From assembly GCA_037924335.1 (NCBI GenBank), contig JAXSMZ010000022.1, forward strand, positions 1 to 23,999: 23,999 nt of DNA, written 5' to 3'. Below are positions 1 through 8,504 of the stretch, piece by piece (the first letter of the stretch is position 1; each line of letters starts with the position of its first letter). Under the pieces are notes generated by a model. That model saw only the letters and a program-made list of their open reading frames with translations. It was not told the origin of the DNA and made no database searches. The position numbers were made by a program, and so were the translations under genes. The stretch is from Aquificaceae bacterium. Lineage in GTDB: Bacteria > Aquificota > Aquificia > Aquificales > Aquificaceae.

Positions 1-1
1 T

Positions 2-598
2 ATACAGGTTCCTGTAAGGATAGACCCAAAGACAGGTCAGCTTGTTGGCACAAAGAGAAGGTATGTTCATAGATTCGGAACTCCTGATGGTAAGTTCAAA
101 TGGTATGGCACAGACCCATGGGAACCCGACCCTAAGAAGTTCTATCCATCTCAGATTACCAAGTACTTTAAGAACGGTAACGAGAGGCAGTTTCCCTTCT
201 GGTTTACCAACGGAAGGACGCAGATTATCTGGCAGACTGGTTACAACGATAGGTACTTACCGGAGAAGGTTTACACCTTACCCATGCCTTACGTAGAGAT
301 AAACCCTGTTGATGCGGAAAGGCTCGGTGTAAAAAGCGGTGACCTGGTAGAAGTGCATAACCTGGAAGGCAATGTAGTAGCTCTTGTACTCGTGAACGAC
401 GCACCCCCTCCAGGAACAGTATTTGGTCTTATGTACAGATGGAGAGAGTCTTTGAACCACCTTACAACCAGCTATACAGACCCCAAAACCACCATACCAT
501 GGTACAAGGCTTCAAGGGTTGGCATAGGGAAACTAAAGGGCAGTCTGGAAAGCGTTCTCAAGAATACCTCCTTGCTACCCAATAATAGCTTCATTTAA
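2..598 (+). CDS. aioA: Arsenite oxidase large (molybdopterin) subunit, C-terminal part; 5' end lies outside the window
   Basis: Frame is open from nt 2: IQVPVRIDPKTGQLVGTKRRY...FWFTNGRTQIIWQTGYND...PMPYVEINPVDAERLGVKSGDLVEVHN...YTDPKTTIPWYK. This matches the AioA C-terminal pattern NGR..xWQT.Y.D / P..Y.E.NP.D / TD...IP.YK. The ORF track shows only 284..598. Confidence 0.8.
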   Translation: MQVPVRIDPKTGQLVGTKRRYVHRFGTPDGKFKWYGTDPWEPDPKKFYPSQITKYFKNGNERQFPFWFTNGRTQIIWQTGYNDRYLPEKVYTLPMPYVEINPVDAERLGVKSGDLVEVHNLEGNVVALVLVNDAPPPGTVFGLMYRWRESLNHLTTSYTDPKTTIPWYKASRVGIGKLKGSLESVLKNTSLLPNNSFI

Positions 599-1241
599 TA
601 GGAATGGGGGGAACTTCCTCCCATCCTTTAGATTTTTTTAGCCTGTTCAGTACTCCCATTATTTCCTCCCTTTTGTTCCTGTAGCTTGCTCTGTTGCATA
701 TGAGCCATGCTGTAGAGTTGGCAACCTCTTCTATCACAACCAACTTGTTCTCCCTCAATGTCCTACCTGTTTGTACAAGGTCCAGTATATAATCGGAAAG
801 GCCAACGGTTGGTGCAAGCTCAACAGAACCGCTCAGATATATGACCTTACTCTTTATCCCCTTCTGAGAAAAAAATCTCTGAGCTATCCTTGGATATTTG
901 GTAGCTATCTTTATGTAAGTTTCCTTAAAGTACTTTTCCCTGTTTTCCTCCCTGCCTGCTATGACTATTCTGCAAAAACCTATGCCCAAGTCGTAAAGAA
1001 TGTATACGCTTGGTTCCCTCTCCAGTATGACATCGTATCCAGCTATGCCTAAGTCCGCAACACCATCCTCTACGTAAACAGTTACATCGGATGGCTTAAC
1101 AAGGAGAAAGTTTATGTCGTTCACCCTAACAGAGAGTTTTCTCTCCTCTTTTATAGGGTGGGATATGATCCCATATTTACAAAGAAGGTCAACGCTTTCT
1201 TCAAAAAGCCTTCCTCTTGCCAACGCAATGGTTAAACTCAA
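591..1241 (-). CDS. hisG: ATP phosphoribosyltransferase, short form (HisZ-dependent)
   Basis: LTIALARGRL, DV.VYVE.GVADLGIAGYD, IATKYP, GSVELAP..GLSD.I.DLVQTGRTL.EN motifs; no C-terminal ACT domain. Probable TTG start at 1241 overlaps the cstA stop (TTGA), with GAGG upstream. Confidence 0.92.
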   Translation of the reverse strand: MSLTIALARGRLFEESVDLLCKYGIISHPIKEERKLSVRVNDINFLLVKPSDVTVYVEDGVADLGIAGYDVILEREPSVYILYDLGIGFCRIVIAGREENREKYFKETYIKIATKYPRIAQRFFSQKGIKSKVIYLSGSVELAPTVGLSDYILDLVQTGRTLRENKLVVIEEVANSTAWLICNRASYRNKREEIMGVLNRLKKSKGWEEVPPIPIK

Positions 1242-3259
1242 GCTACAACCTCTCTGATCTTTGACCTTTTGAGTATAACATAGACAGAGTTTAAAATGAT
1301 CATGCATACAAGAACCAAATAAAGGCTTGCAAGGGTAGCGTTTATATAATCGGACATTATCACCCTGTAAGCCACATCAAAAGATGGTATAGCTGGAGGG
1401 AGAGAGCCTTCTTCCAATCTCTTTAAAAGCCATCTGGCATGAGAGAGAAATCCTATATCTTTGTTAGGATGAAATACTTTATAAAACCCAGCTGTCATTG
1501 TGTTTACTACCATCAATAAGGCTGGGAAGCCAGTAACCCAAGCGTACCTGGTCTTCCCAATGTTTACTATGTAGACTGTTGCAACTGTCAAAGCTACAGT
1601 GGCAAGGAGTTGATTGGCTATACCAAAGAGGGGCCAAAGCGTCTTTATCCCCCCGTATGGGTCCACAACACCCATATAAAGAAAGTAACCCCAGCTTAAA
1701 ACGGTTAAGAGGCTTGTAAGTATGTTTATTTTTATATCTCCATAGTTCCTGAAGGATGGAAAAAAGTTGCCTACAAGGTCCTGAAGTATGTACCTTCCTA
1801 CCCTTGTGCCTGCATCTATTGTCGTAAGGATAAATACAGCCTCAAAGAGTATGGCAAAGTGGTACCAAAAGGCAAGAAGTGATTCTCCCGTTATCTTTGC
1901 AAACACGAGAGCCATACCTATGGCAAAAGCTGGTGCACCACCGGTCCTTGAAAGTATAGTTTTCTCTTCAACCATCCGGGCTAAGCTCTCTATCTCTTGG
2001 TGGGTTATGCTAAAACCCCAAGAAGATATCTTTTGAGCAGCTTCAAGGGTAGTTTTGCCTATTTCGTTGGCTGGGCTGTTTATAGCAAAGTACATACCTG
2101 GTTCCATAGAGACTGCAGCAATGAGAGCCATAATGGCCACAAAGGATTCCCCTATCATGCCACCGTATCCCACCATCCTCACATGACTTTCTTTGTCTAT
2201 GAGCTTTGGTGAAGTTCCAGAAGATATAAGAGAATGAAAGCCAGATACAGCACCGCAGGCTATGGTTATGAACAGAAAAGGGAAAAGGCCACCCTTCCAG
2301 ACTGGGCCATTGCCAGTAAGAGCAAAGTGGGTTATGGTTGGCATCTTTACATCTGGATTCACAAAGAAGACACCTAAAGCTATAAGCAGTACTGTTCCAA
2401 GCTTTAGAAAAGTGCTCAGGTAATCCCTTGGTGCAAGGAGGAGCCAGACGGGCAAGACGGAAGCAAAAAAACCATAAACTATTAGGCTTATGGCAAGATG
2501 CTCTTCAGAAAGGGTAAAGAGGCCCGACGTTAAAGGGTTTGTGGCTATTACCCTTCCCAAGTACAAAGAGGTCAAAAGAGCTAACACACCAAAAAGGGAA
2601 GCTTGCAGAACAGCTCCTGGTCTTATATGCCACATATAGACGCCCATGAGCATAGCTATCGGTATGGTCATAGAAACGGAGAAGGTTCCCCATGGGCTTT
2701 GAGCTAAAGCTTTTACAACCACAAGAGCAAGAACCGCAAGAAGTATGGTAAGTATAGAGTATATGACAACAAGAGATGTTAAACCACCAACCTTTCCAAG
2801 CTCTTCCTTAGCTATCTGCCCCAGGCTTCTCCCATCCTTCCGCATAGATGTTATAAGGATGACCATATCTTGGACACATCCAGCCAAGACAGCTCCTATC
2901 AGTATCCAAAGAACCCCTGGAAGATACCCCATCTGAGCTGCAAGAACTGGACCAACTAAGGGACCGGCCCCAGATATGGAAGCAAAGTGATGGCCAAAGA
3001 GTACCCACTTGTTGGTAGGAACATAGTCTACTTTGTTGTAGAACCTGTGAGCTGGAGTTATATTGCTATCCTTTATTTCAAAAACTCTGTAAGCTATAAA
3101 GTAGCTGTAAAACCTGTAGCCTACAAAGTAAATGCAAAGGGCAGCAATAAGGATCCACACAGCACCTACTTTTTCTCCTCTGTTCAATGCTACAGTGGCA
3201 AAAGCCGCAGTACCTATAAGAGATACAACGGCCAAAACTAAGTAATCTCTCAGTCTCAT
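1238..3259 (-). CDS. cstA: Carbon starvation protein A family transporter (CstA/BtsT; peptide or pyruvate uptake)
   Basis: Highly hydrophobic 673 aa protein with FGHHFASISGAGPLVGP, WLLLAPRDYLSTF, FITIACGAVSGFHSL, SRTGGAP and LWPLFGIANQLLA motifs. Confidence 0.95.
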   Translation of the reverse strand: MRLRDYLVLAVVSLIGTAAFATVALNRGEKVGAVWILIAALCIYFVGYRFYSYFIAYRVFEIKDSNITPAHRFYNKVDYVPTNKWVLFGHHFASISGAGPLVGPVLAAQMGYLPGVLWILIGAVLAGCVQDMVILITSMRKDGRSLGQIAKEELGKVGGLTSLVVIYSILTILLAVLALVVVKALAQSPWGTFSVSMTIPIAMLMGVYMWHIRPGAVLQASLFGVLALLTSLYLGRVIATNPLTSGLFTLSEEHLAISLIVYGFFASVLPVWLLLAPRDYLSTFLKLGTVLLIALGVFFVNPDVKMPTITHFALTGNGPVWKGGLFPFLFITIACGAVSGFHSLISSGTSPKLIDKESHVRMVGYGGMIGESFVAIMALIAAVSMEPGMYFAINSPANEIGKTTLEAAQKISSWGFSITHQEIESLARMVEEKTILSRTGGAPAFAIGMALVFAKITGESLLAFWYHFAILFEAVFILTTIDAGTRVGRYILQDLVGNFFPSFRNYGDIKINILTSLLTVLSWGYFLYMGVVDPYGGIKTLWPLFGIANQLLATVALTVATVYIVNIGKTRYAWVTGFPALLMVVNTMTAGFYKVFHPNKDIGFLSHARWLLKRLEEGSLPPAIPSFDVAYRVIMSDYINATLASLYLVLVCMIILNSVYVILKRSKIREVVA

Positions 3260-3960
3260 GTAAGATGCCTTTTTATAAATTCAACTGTCTTATCCCAAAC
3301 GTCATTTGCACATTCCTCATTGTAAACTTCTGGCCTTGTATCGTTGAAGAAGGCGTGGTCAACTGATGAGTATATTACAAACTGGGCGTTTAGGTTGTAT
3401 CTATTACATTCTTCTATGGCTTTTACCACTTCACTCAATGGAACAAAGGCATCCCTACCGGCATGAACTGCCAAAATGGGGGCCTTTATCTTAGAGAAGT
3501 CTATCGGGACAAGCGAGTAAAGCCCGTAGTAAGGAACCAGAGCATGAAATTGGTCAGCAAGCTTGGAGCCAAAGTACCAGGTACACGTACCACCACAGCA
3601 GAAACCAGTCATTCCTATCCTAAAATCTTGAACCCTACCCACAAAGCCTATATCGCTCTCCTTGAAATAATCAACTGAAGCCTTTATCATAGCCTCAGCT
3701 TCTGAAAATCTCTCTCCAAATAGTTCCTGCATAAGCTTGCCAGCATCTTCCGGGTTGTTAGCCACTTTACCCCTGTATAGGTCTATACCAAAGGCAAAAA
3801 AGCCCTCTCTTGAATACCTTTCACACACGTCCTTAATATGGTCTACAAGCCCCCACCACTCATGAATTACCAGGACAAGAGGACCCTTGGTAAGTTCCGG
3901 CTCTGCTAAGTATCCAGATACCTCTATACCATCTTTTTTAAATCTCAATTCCTTACCCAT
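3256..3960 (-). CDS. Dienelactone hydrolase family protein
   Basis: HEWWGL, nucleophile elbow GFCCGG, Asp in GRDAFV and His in HAFFN; GGAGG SD upstream; 4-bp overlap with the cstA start. Confidence 0.9.
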   Translation of the reverse strand: MGKELRFKKDGIEVSGYLAEPELTKGPLVLVIHEWWGLVDHIKDVCERYSREGFFAFGIDLYRGKVANNPEDAGKLMQELFGERFSEAEAMIKASVDYFKESDIGFVGRVQDFRIGMTGFCCGGTCTWYFGSKLADQFHALVPYYGLYSLVPIDFSKIKAPILAVHAGRDAFVPLSEVVKAIEECNRYNLNAQFVIYSSVDHAFFNDTRPEVYNEECANDVWDKTVEFIKRHLT

Positions 3961-3984
3961 AGTACGCCTCCTTTCTTTTTGAAA

Positions 3985-4014
3985 ATTATACTACACCCGC
4001 TTTTTTCGTATAAT
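3985..4014. promoter_or_regulatory. Divergent -10 boxes for the hydrolase operon (-) and the RNA ligase (+)
   Basis: TATAAT on the minus strand at 3985-3990 and on the plus strand at 4009-4014, within a 64-bp intergenic gap. Confidence 0.5.
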
Positions 4015-4024
4015 TTTTGTATAC

Positions 4025-5122
4025 ATGCTAAGTGCCGATGTTGTCAAAGAGGCTCTCAAAAAAAACAGAGTGAAGGTGGAAAACTTTAAGGGAGTTGAGT
4101 ATCTTAGGTTCACCGATGACTTTAAGGATGTTCCAAGAGGAACAACCTTATTCAAAGATACGATCATCTGGGGCTATCCTCACATAGGTAGGATATTTCA
4201 GCTCAAGACTGGGCTTCTTGAACAGTTTACTCATCCAGTGTGGGTGGAGGAGAAGGTTGATGGTTACAACATTAGAGCGTTCACTTATCAGGATGAGGTT
4301 TATGCTCTCACAAGGGGTGGCTACATATGTGCCTTTACAACAGACAGGGTTGATGAGTTTGTAAAGCTTAGATTCTTTGAGGAAAACCCAGACTTGGTTC
4401 TTTGTATGGAGGTTGTTGGACCAGAAAACCCTTACGTAGAAGAGCATCCACCCTTTGTTAAAGAGGACGTATCCTTCCTTCTCTTCGATATTATGAGGAA
4501 GAACGAGCAGGGTTTTTTAAGCTACAGGGAAAAGTTAAGGCTGATAGAAAAGTACGGTTTGCCCCATGTGGAGATATTTGGAAGGTTTGAGCTTTCCCAA
4601 GTGGAAGAAATAAAGGGAATACTGAAGACTTTGAACGATGAAAAGAGAGAGGGAATAGTTCTAAAGGAGGATTCCCCCAGAGACAAAAGGGTAAAGTATA
4701 TAACGAGCTATGCAAACCTCAACGATATAGCCATCACGTCCATAAACATGCTTGGCCTCCCAGCCGATTACTATACCAACAGACTCCTAAGGCTTGCCCT
4801 TTTTATAGAGGAGGAGGGTCTGAAAAAGAGCAATAGGCTTTACTCGGAGGTGGGTAAGGCTTTCCTTGATGGTATCTTTAAAGCCTATAAGATGGTGAAA
4901 GAAGAGGGAAAAGTTTACAGAACCTTCAGATGCAGATTCAAGAAGAGGGAAAATGCCATCCTTTTCCTTGAGCAGATAAAGCATGCTTCCGCTCATATAC
5001 AGGTTGTCGAGAAGGGACTTGAAAAGAAGGATGATTATTACGTTCTTGAGTTTGACAAAGTCTTTTTGAACATGACCGGTCTTCTTGGCCATCTCATAAA
5101 GGGTGGCTCTGTTATAGATTGA
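4025..5122 (+). CDS. ATP-dependent RNA ligase, Pab1020/Rnl3 (archaeal-type) family
   Basis: Motif I EEKVDGYN, GYPHIGRI, TRGGYIC.FTT, EVVGPENPY, FDI, REGIVLK and VKY, plus a C-terminal extension typical of Rnl3 ligases. Confidence 0.9.
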   Translation: MLSADVVKEALKKNRVKVENFKGVEYLRFTDDFKDVPRGTTLFKDTIIWGYPHIGRIFQLKTGLLEQFTHPVWVEEKVDGYNIRAFTYQDEVYALTRGGYICAFTTDRVDEFVKLRFFEENPDLVLCMEVVGPENPYVEEHPPFVKEDVSFLLFDIMRKNEQGFLSYREKLRLIEKYGLPHVEIFGRFELSQVEEIKGILKTLNDEKREGIVLKEDSPRDKRVKYITSYANLNDIAITSINMLGLPADYYTNRLLRLALFIEEEGLKKSNRLYSEVGKAFLDGIFKAYKMVKEEGKVYRTFRCRFKKRENAILFLEQIKHASAHIQVVEKGLEKKDDYYVLEFDKVFLNMTGLLGHLIKGGSVID

Positions 5123-5123
5123 C

Positions 5124-5708
5124 TTACTTTCCAGCCTTGGCTAAGCTTTCTAGTATGTACCTTAAGTTTTTTGGCTCTATAAGCTTTATACCCACTCTGT
5201 CAGCCCACTTTCTGAGCCCTTCGTCTCCAGACACAAGTATAGCATCCAGCTCGTAGGATAGAAGTAAAACATCCATGTCTTCCTTGCTGTCTATTATGCC
5301 AGTCCTCAGGGCTTCCCTGTACTTATCCCTCAGCCTGTTTATAACCTTACCTACGTTCTCTTCAGTTAGTTTACCAGCCTCCTTTGCATGCTCTTCAGCT
5401 ATCCTTAGACCTTTGTTTATTCTGTATCTTACCTCCTCAATAAACTCGTAAAGAAATTCGGCTGGAATTAATAGATTGAACTTCCTCGGAGACCTTATCC
5501 TTACCACAAGCTCAAACTTAGGCATTAGGTCTCCAAGGTTTACTATTTTAGAAAACTCATGATAAACAGAGGTGGGCATGTAAAAACTTGCCTCTGTATG
5601 ACTTGCCAGGGATAAGAAGTTTTCTATTGCACCCATCTGGTCTGTCTCAAACTGCTGGTATACATCCGGATTTGTAAAGACGCTAGTATCTAAAACAAAG
5701 GTATCCAT
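5124..5708 (-). CDS. Protein-only RNase P (HARP, Aq_880 homolog; PIN-like fold)
   Basis: [34 protein letters not shown] (spike helix), [19 protein letters not shown] and [13 protein letters not shown], with the acidic catalytic residues retained. Confidence 0.95.
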   Translation of the reverse strand: MDTFVLDTSVFTNPDVYQQFETDQMGAIENFLSLASHTEASFYMPTSVYHEFSKIVNLGDLMPKFELVVRIRSPRKFNLLIPAEFLYEFIEEVRYRINKGLRIAEEHAKEAGKLTEENVGKVINRLRDKYREALRTGIIDSKEDMDVLLLSYELDAILVSGDEGLRKWADRVGIKLIEPKNLRYILESLAKAGK

Positions 5709-5740
5709 GTGAATATTTTAGAACACTAAGGCAAAAAAGG

Positions 5741-6464
5741 TCAGTCCTTTACCACTCTCAGCCCCGAGTGCATCCACTCTATACCTAAGAATCCTTCTTT
5801 CACTTCATACTCTACCAAGTCTTCCGGCTTTATTCTATCGTAAAAGTTCTGAGAGACATGAAAACTTTTGCATAACTTTCTCCTTTCATGGAAATCAGAC
5901 AGTACTATTCTCCTGCTCCACCTCCTGCCTATGTACTTGGATGCTATGGTATCCCTTTTAAGCTTTAGTGCAGACCTGTCCAGACTGCCAAAAAAGGGAT
6001 ACTGTAAAGAGCAGGTACGAAACTAAAAAGAGAATGAACCCTTTAAAACTTACAGAGAAAACATCCAGTGTACACACGGGCATATATATCCAAAACTTGC
6101 CAAGCACTGCCAATACTACACAGGATATGTGGTATGTTGGTAAGAAGCATAGATAGCTCTTTTAGAATGCTTAAGACATCGTGTATATTCTCTTTGTTAA
6201 CTTCTTCAGGACTTCTTTTTATGTACCATGAAAGAATAAGCTGGCTGTTTTTTATCATAAATTGGTCTTCTCAAAGAGCTTTTTTTTATTAAAATCCAAT
6301 GTTTTATGAGCATCTTCATACTCTATTGCAAAACCATCTTCAGTCCTATGGGCTAAGACCCTATCACAGAAATCTGGACGCCATAGTCTTAAGAAACCTT
6401 TTGTCCTTACAGGTACGCTTAAGTTAAGCTTAAAGCTACGTCTCATCCCAGAAGTACAGTTCAT
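5741..6464 (-). pseudogene. Fragmented gene for a probable membrane protein
   Basis: Four successive protein-like segments lie in different minus frames: 6255-6464; 6043-6258; ~5958-6160 (VVLAVLGKFWIY...FKGFILFLVSYLLFTVSLFW, TM-like); and ~5741-6020 (DTIASKYIGRRWSRRIV...VSQNFYDRIKPEDLVEYEVKEGFLGIEW...VVKD*). One break is next to the A6 run at 5990-5995. Confidence 0.55.
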
Positions 6465-6500
6465 AATCCTTTATGGCTTTCCTTTTATTATACTGAGTTT

Positions 6501-7271
6501 ATGCTCCTTGTTTACAGAAGAGGCGGAATGGGTGATACCCTGTTGGTTTTTCCCATTTTAGAGATCTTTAAAAAAAGAGGGGAGAGGGTCGTTGCAGTAG
6601 GGAACATGGATTACTTTAATATAGCAAAGGCTGTTGGCTGGGCAGACGAAGTTTATTATGAAATACCAAAGAGGAAATTTAGCAGAGTCATAAACGTGTC
6701 CTTTGATGGAAACTTAAAACCCTTTCCAGAAGGGAGGGAGTGGATCGTTTCTTATTACCTTAGGTCTCTTGGGCTTTCTGAGGACTTTTCATATACCTTG
6801 AACCTAACACCATTGCGGGATAATCCCCTAAAGGGGAAGGCAGTCCTTCATCCATCCAGCGGTTCTACCAAGAAGAATCCAAACATCACCCTATTTAAGA
6901 GGGTAGAGGTTTTTCTTAAAAGACAGGGATACGAGGTCATTTACATAGTGGGCGAGGCAGACCAATGGGTGAAAGACTACACAGACAACTTCTGGGAGAG
7001 CCATGAAGCCCTTGAGATAGGCAGAGCCTTAAAGGAAGCTAAGTTATACGTAGGTCTTGACAGCGGTATATCTCACTTAGCAAGCTATATGGGACTTCCA
7101 TCCTTTATCTTCTATGGTCCCACTGACATGTGCCTTTGGAGACCTATAGGCAAAAGAGTTTTTCAGATAAGCTTGAACCTCTCTTGCTCTCCATGCTTTC
7201 CCAACGTATGCGTGGAGAGGAGATGTTTAGAAGTTGATGGACTTTTCCAGGCTTTCCAGCTAAAATTTTAG
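6501..7271 (+). CDS. Glycosyltransferase family 9 (LPS heptosyltransferase-like)
   Basis: RRGGMGDTLL, LHPSSGS..K, YVGLDSGISHLA, FYGPT...WRP and C-terminal CSPC...C....C. Confidence 0.88.
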   Translation: MLLVYRRGGMGDTLLVFPILEIFKKRGERVVAVGNMDYFNIAKAVGWADEVYYEIPKRKFSRVINVSFDGNLKPFPEGREWIVSYYLRSLGLSEDFSYTLNLTPLRDNPLKGKAVLHPSSGSTKKNPNITLFKRVEVFLKRQGYEVIYIVGEADQWVKDYTDNFWESHEALEIGRALKEAKLYVGLDSGISHLASYMGLPSFIFYGPTDMCLWRPIGKRVFQISLNLSCSPCFPNVCVERRCLEVDGLFQAFQLKF

Positions 7272-7272
7272 T

Positions 7273-7977
7273 ATGTTCCTTTACGAACCAGTAAATAAAG
7301 CAAAGATACTTATACATCTTCATGGTTTTGCTTCAAGCGTAAAAAGTCCAAAGGTGGAGGTTTTAAGGGGTCTTTCTATAAAAAGAAAAGCCTTCTCCTT
7401 CTTTGCGATGGACATAGATTACCAGAACAAGACAACAACCCAAGTTTTGGAAGTCCTTTATATCCTTGTAAAGGGTTTTAAAAGTAAGTACAGATCAGTA
7501 CTCCTCTCAGGTAGCTCCCACGGAGCCTATGTAGTTTTAAACTACCTGAAATACTTTGATGGGAAAGATACAGAAAGGGTTTTCCTTTTTGCTCCTTCCT
7601 ACTCTACACTCAGTCTCATACTGGCTCAAGAGGGAGAGCAGAAGTGCAAAAGATGGCTCAGAGGAGAGGAAGAGCTGAGAATATTTGAGTGCGAAACTGG
7701 AGTTGAGCTCACAATAGACAAAGATTTTGCAAAGGATATTCTAGAAAAAGGCTATGAGGTTATAAAAGATGGGAAAGTCCTCTTTCCCAAAGACCCTCCC
7801 ACGGAGATAGTTATATTTCATGGTACGGAAGATGATATGGTCCCAGTCCATTATTCAAGAACTTTTGTAGAACATGTTAATGTAAAGAGATACTTGGAGG
7901 TGGAGGATGACCATAGGCTCACTAAAACCTTTAGGAACCTTATTGAAAATGAAGAACTGCTTGATATTTTTGATTGA
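7273..7977 (+). CDS. Alpha/beta hydrolase (YqiA/YcfP-like esterase)
   Basis: HLHGFASS..S.K, GSSHG nucleophile motif, HGTEDDMVP and DDHRL (Ser-Asp-His triad). Confidence 0.85.
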   Translation: MFLYEPVNKAKILIHLHGFASSVKSPKVEVLRGLSIKRKAFSFFAMDIDYQNKTTTQVLEVLYILVKGFKSKYRSVLLSGSSHGAYVVLNYLKYFDGKDTERVFLFAPSYSTLSLILAQEGEQKCKRWLRGEEELRIFECETGVELTIDKDFAKDILEKGYEVIKDGKVLFPKDPPTEIVIFHGTEDDMVPVHYSRTFVEHVNVKRYLEVEDDHRLTKTFRNLIENEELLDIFD

Positions 7978-8042
7978 TACTAATCATAACACTTACTTTC
8001 CTTTGGACTATAGTATAAACTAAAAGTATTGGAGGTGTTGAC

Positions 8043-8504
8043 ATGTTTGAATACAGTGAGAAGGTGCTTGACCACTTTTTAAACCCAAGGAATGTGGGTG
8101 TTTTGGAGGATGCAAACGCCATAGGTCAATGTGGTAATCCTGCATGTGGAGATGCTATGCTTTTTACACTTAAGATAAATCCCGAAAAGGATGTGATCGA
8201 AGACCTGAGGTTCAAGACATTTGGGTGCGGTTCAGCTATAGCAGTATCATCACAACTCACAGAGATGGTAAAGGGTAAGACTATAGACTATGCATTGAAC
8301 CTCACTTACAAGGACATATTCGAAGAGCTTGGTGGGCTTCCTCCTCAAAAGATACACTGCACAAACTTGGGTCTTGAGACCCTTCATGTGGCCATAAAGG
8401 ATTATCTTCTAAAGCAGGGAAGGATAGAGGAAGCAGAAAAGATACCCGGTTGCTACGAAGAGGAAGAGGAAGACAGCAAGGAGTTTGAGTTTCTGTCTAC
8501 ATGA
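8043..8504 (+). CDS. iscU: Fe-S cluster assembly scaffold IscU
   Basis: YSEKVLDHFLNPRNVG, GNPACGD, FKTFGCGSAIA and LPPQKIHC (LPPVK-like chaperone motif); GGAGGTG SD at 8031. Confidence 0.95.
   Translation: MFEYSEKVLDHFLNPRNVGVLEDANAIGQCGNPACGDAMLFTLKINPEKDVIEDLRFKTFGCGSAIAVSSQLTEMVKGKTIDYALNLTYKDIFEELGGLPPQKIHCTNLGLETLHVAIKDYLLKQGRIEEAEKIPGCYEEEEEDSKEFEFLST

Noticed and set aside
42..460. ORFs 42..296 (+) and 278..460 (-)
   Set aside because: Alternative-frame or antisense shadows of the aioA frame, with no motifs.
1242..1307. N-terminal extension of hisG in the ORF track
   Set aside because: Overlaps the cstA 3' end; homology and SD begin at the TTG at 1241.
5968..6292. Plus-strand ORFs 5968..6156 (with CPDC) and 6068..6292
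   Set aside because: Single CxxC, no SD, and they lie antisense to the more protein-like minus-strand relic.
8008..8015. ACTATAGT palindrome upstream of iscU as an IscR/Rrf2 site
   Set aside because: Only 8 bp, and the flanks do not fit a recognisable IscR motif.
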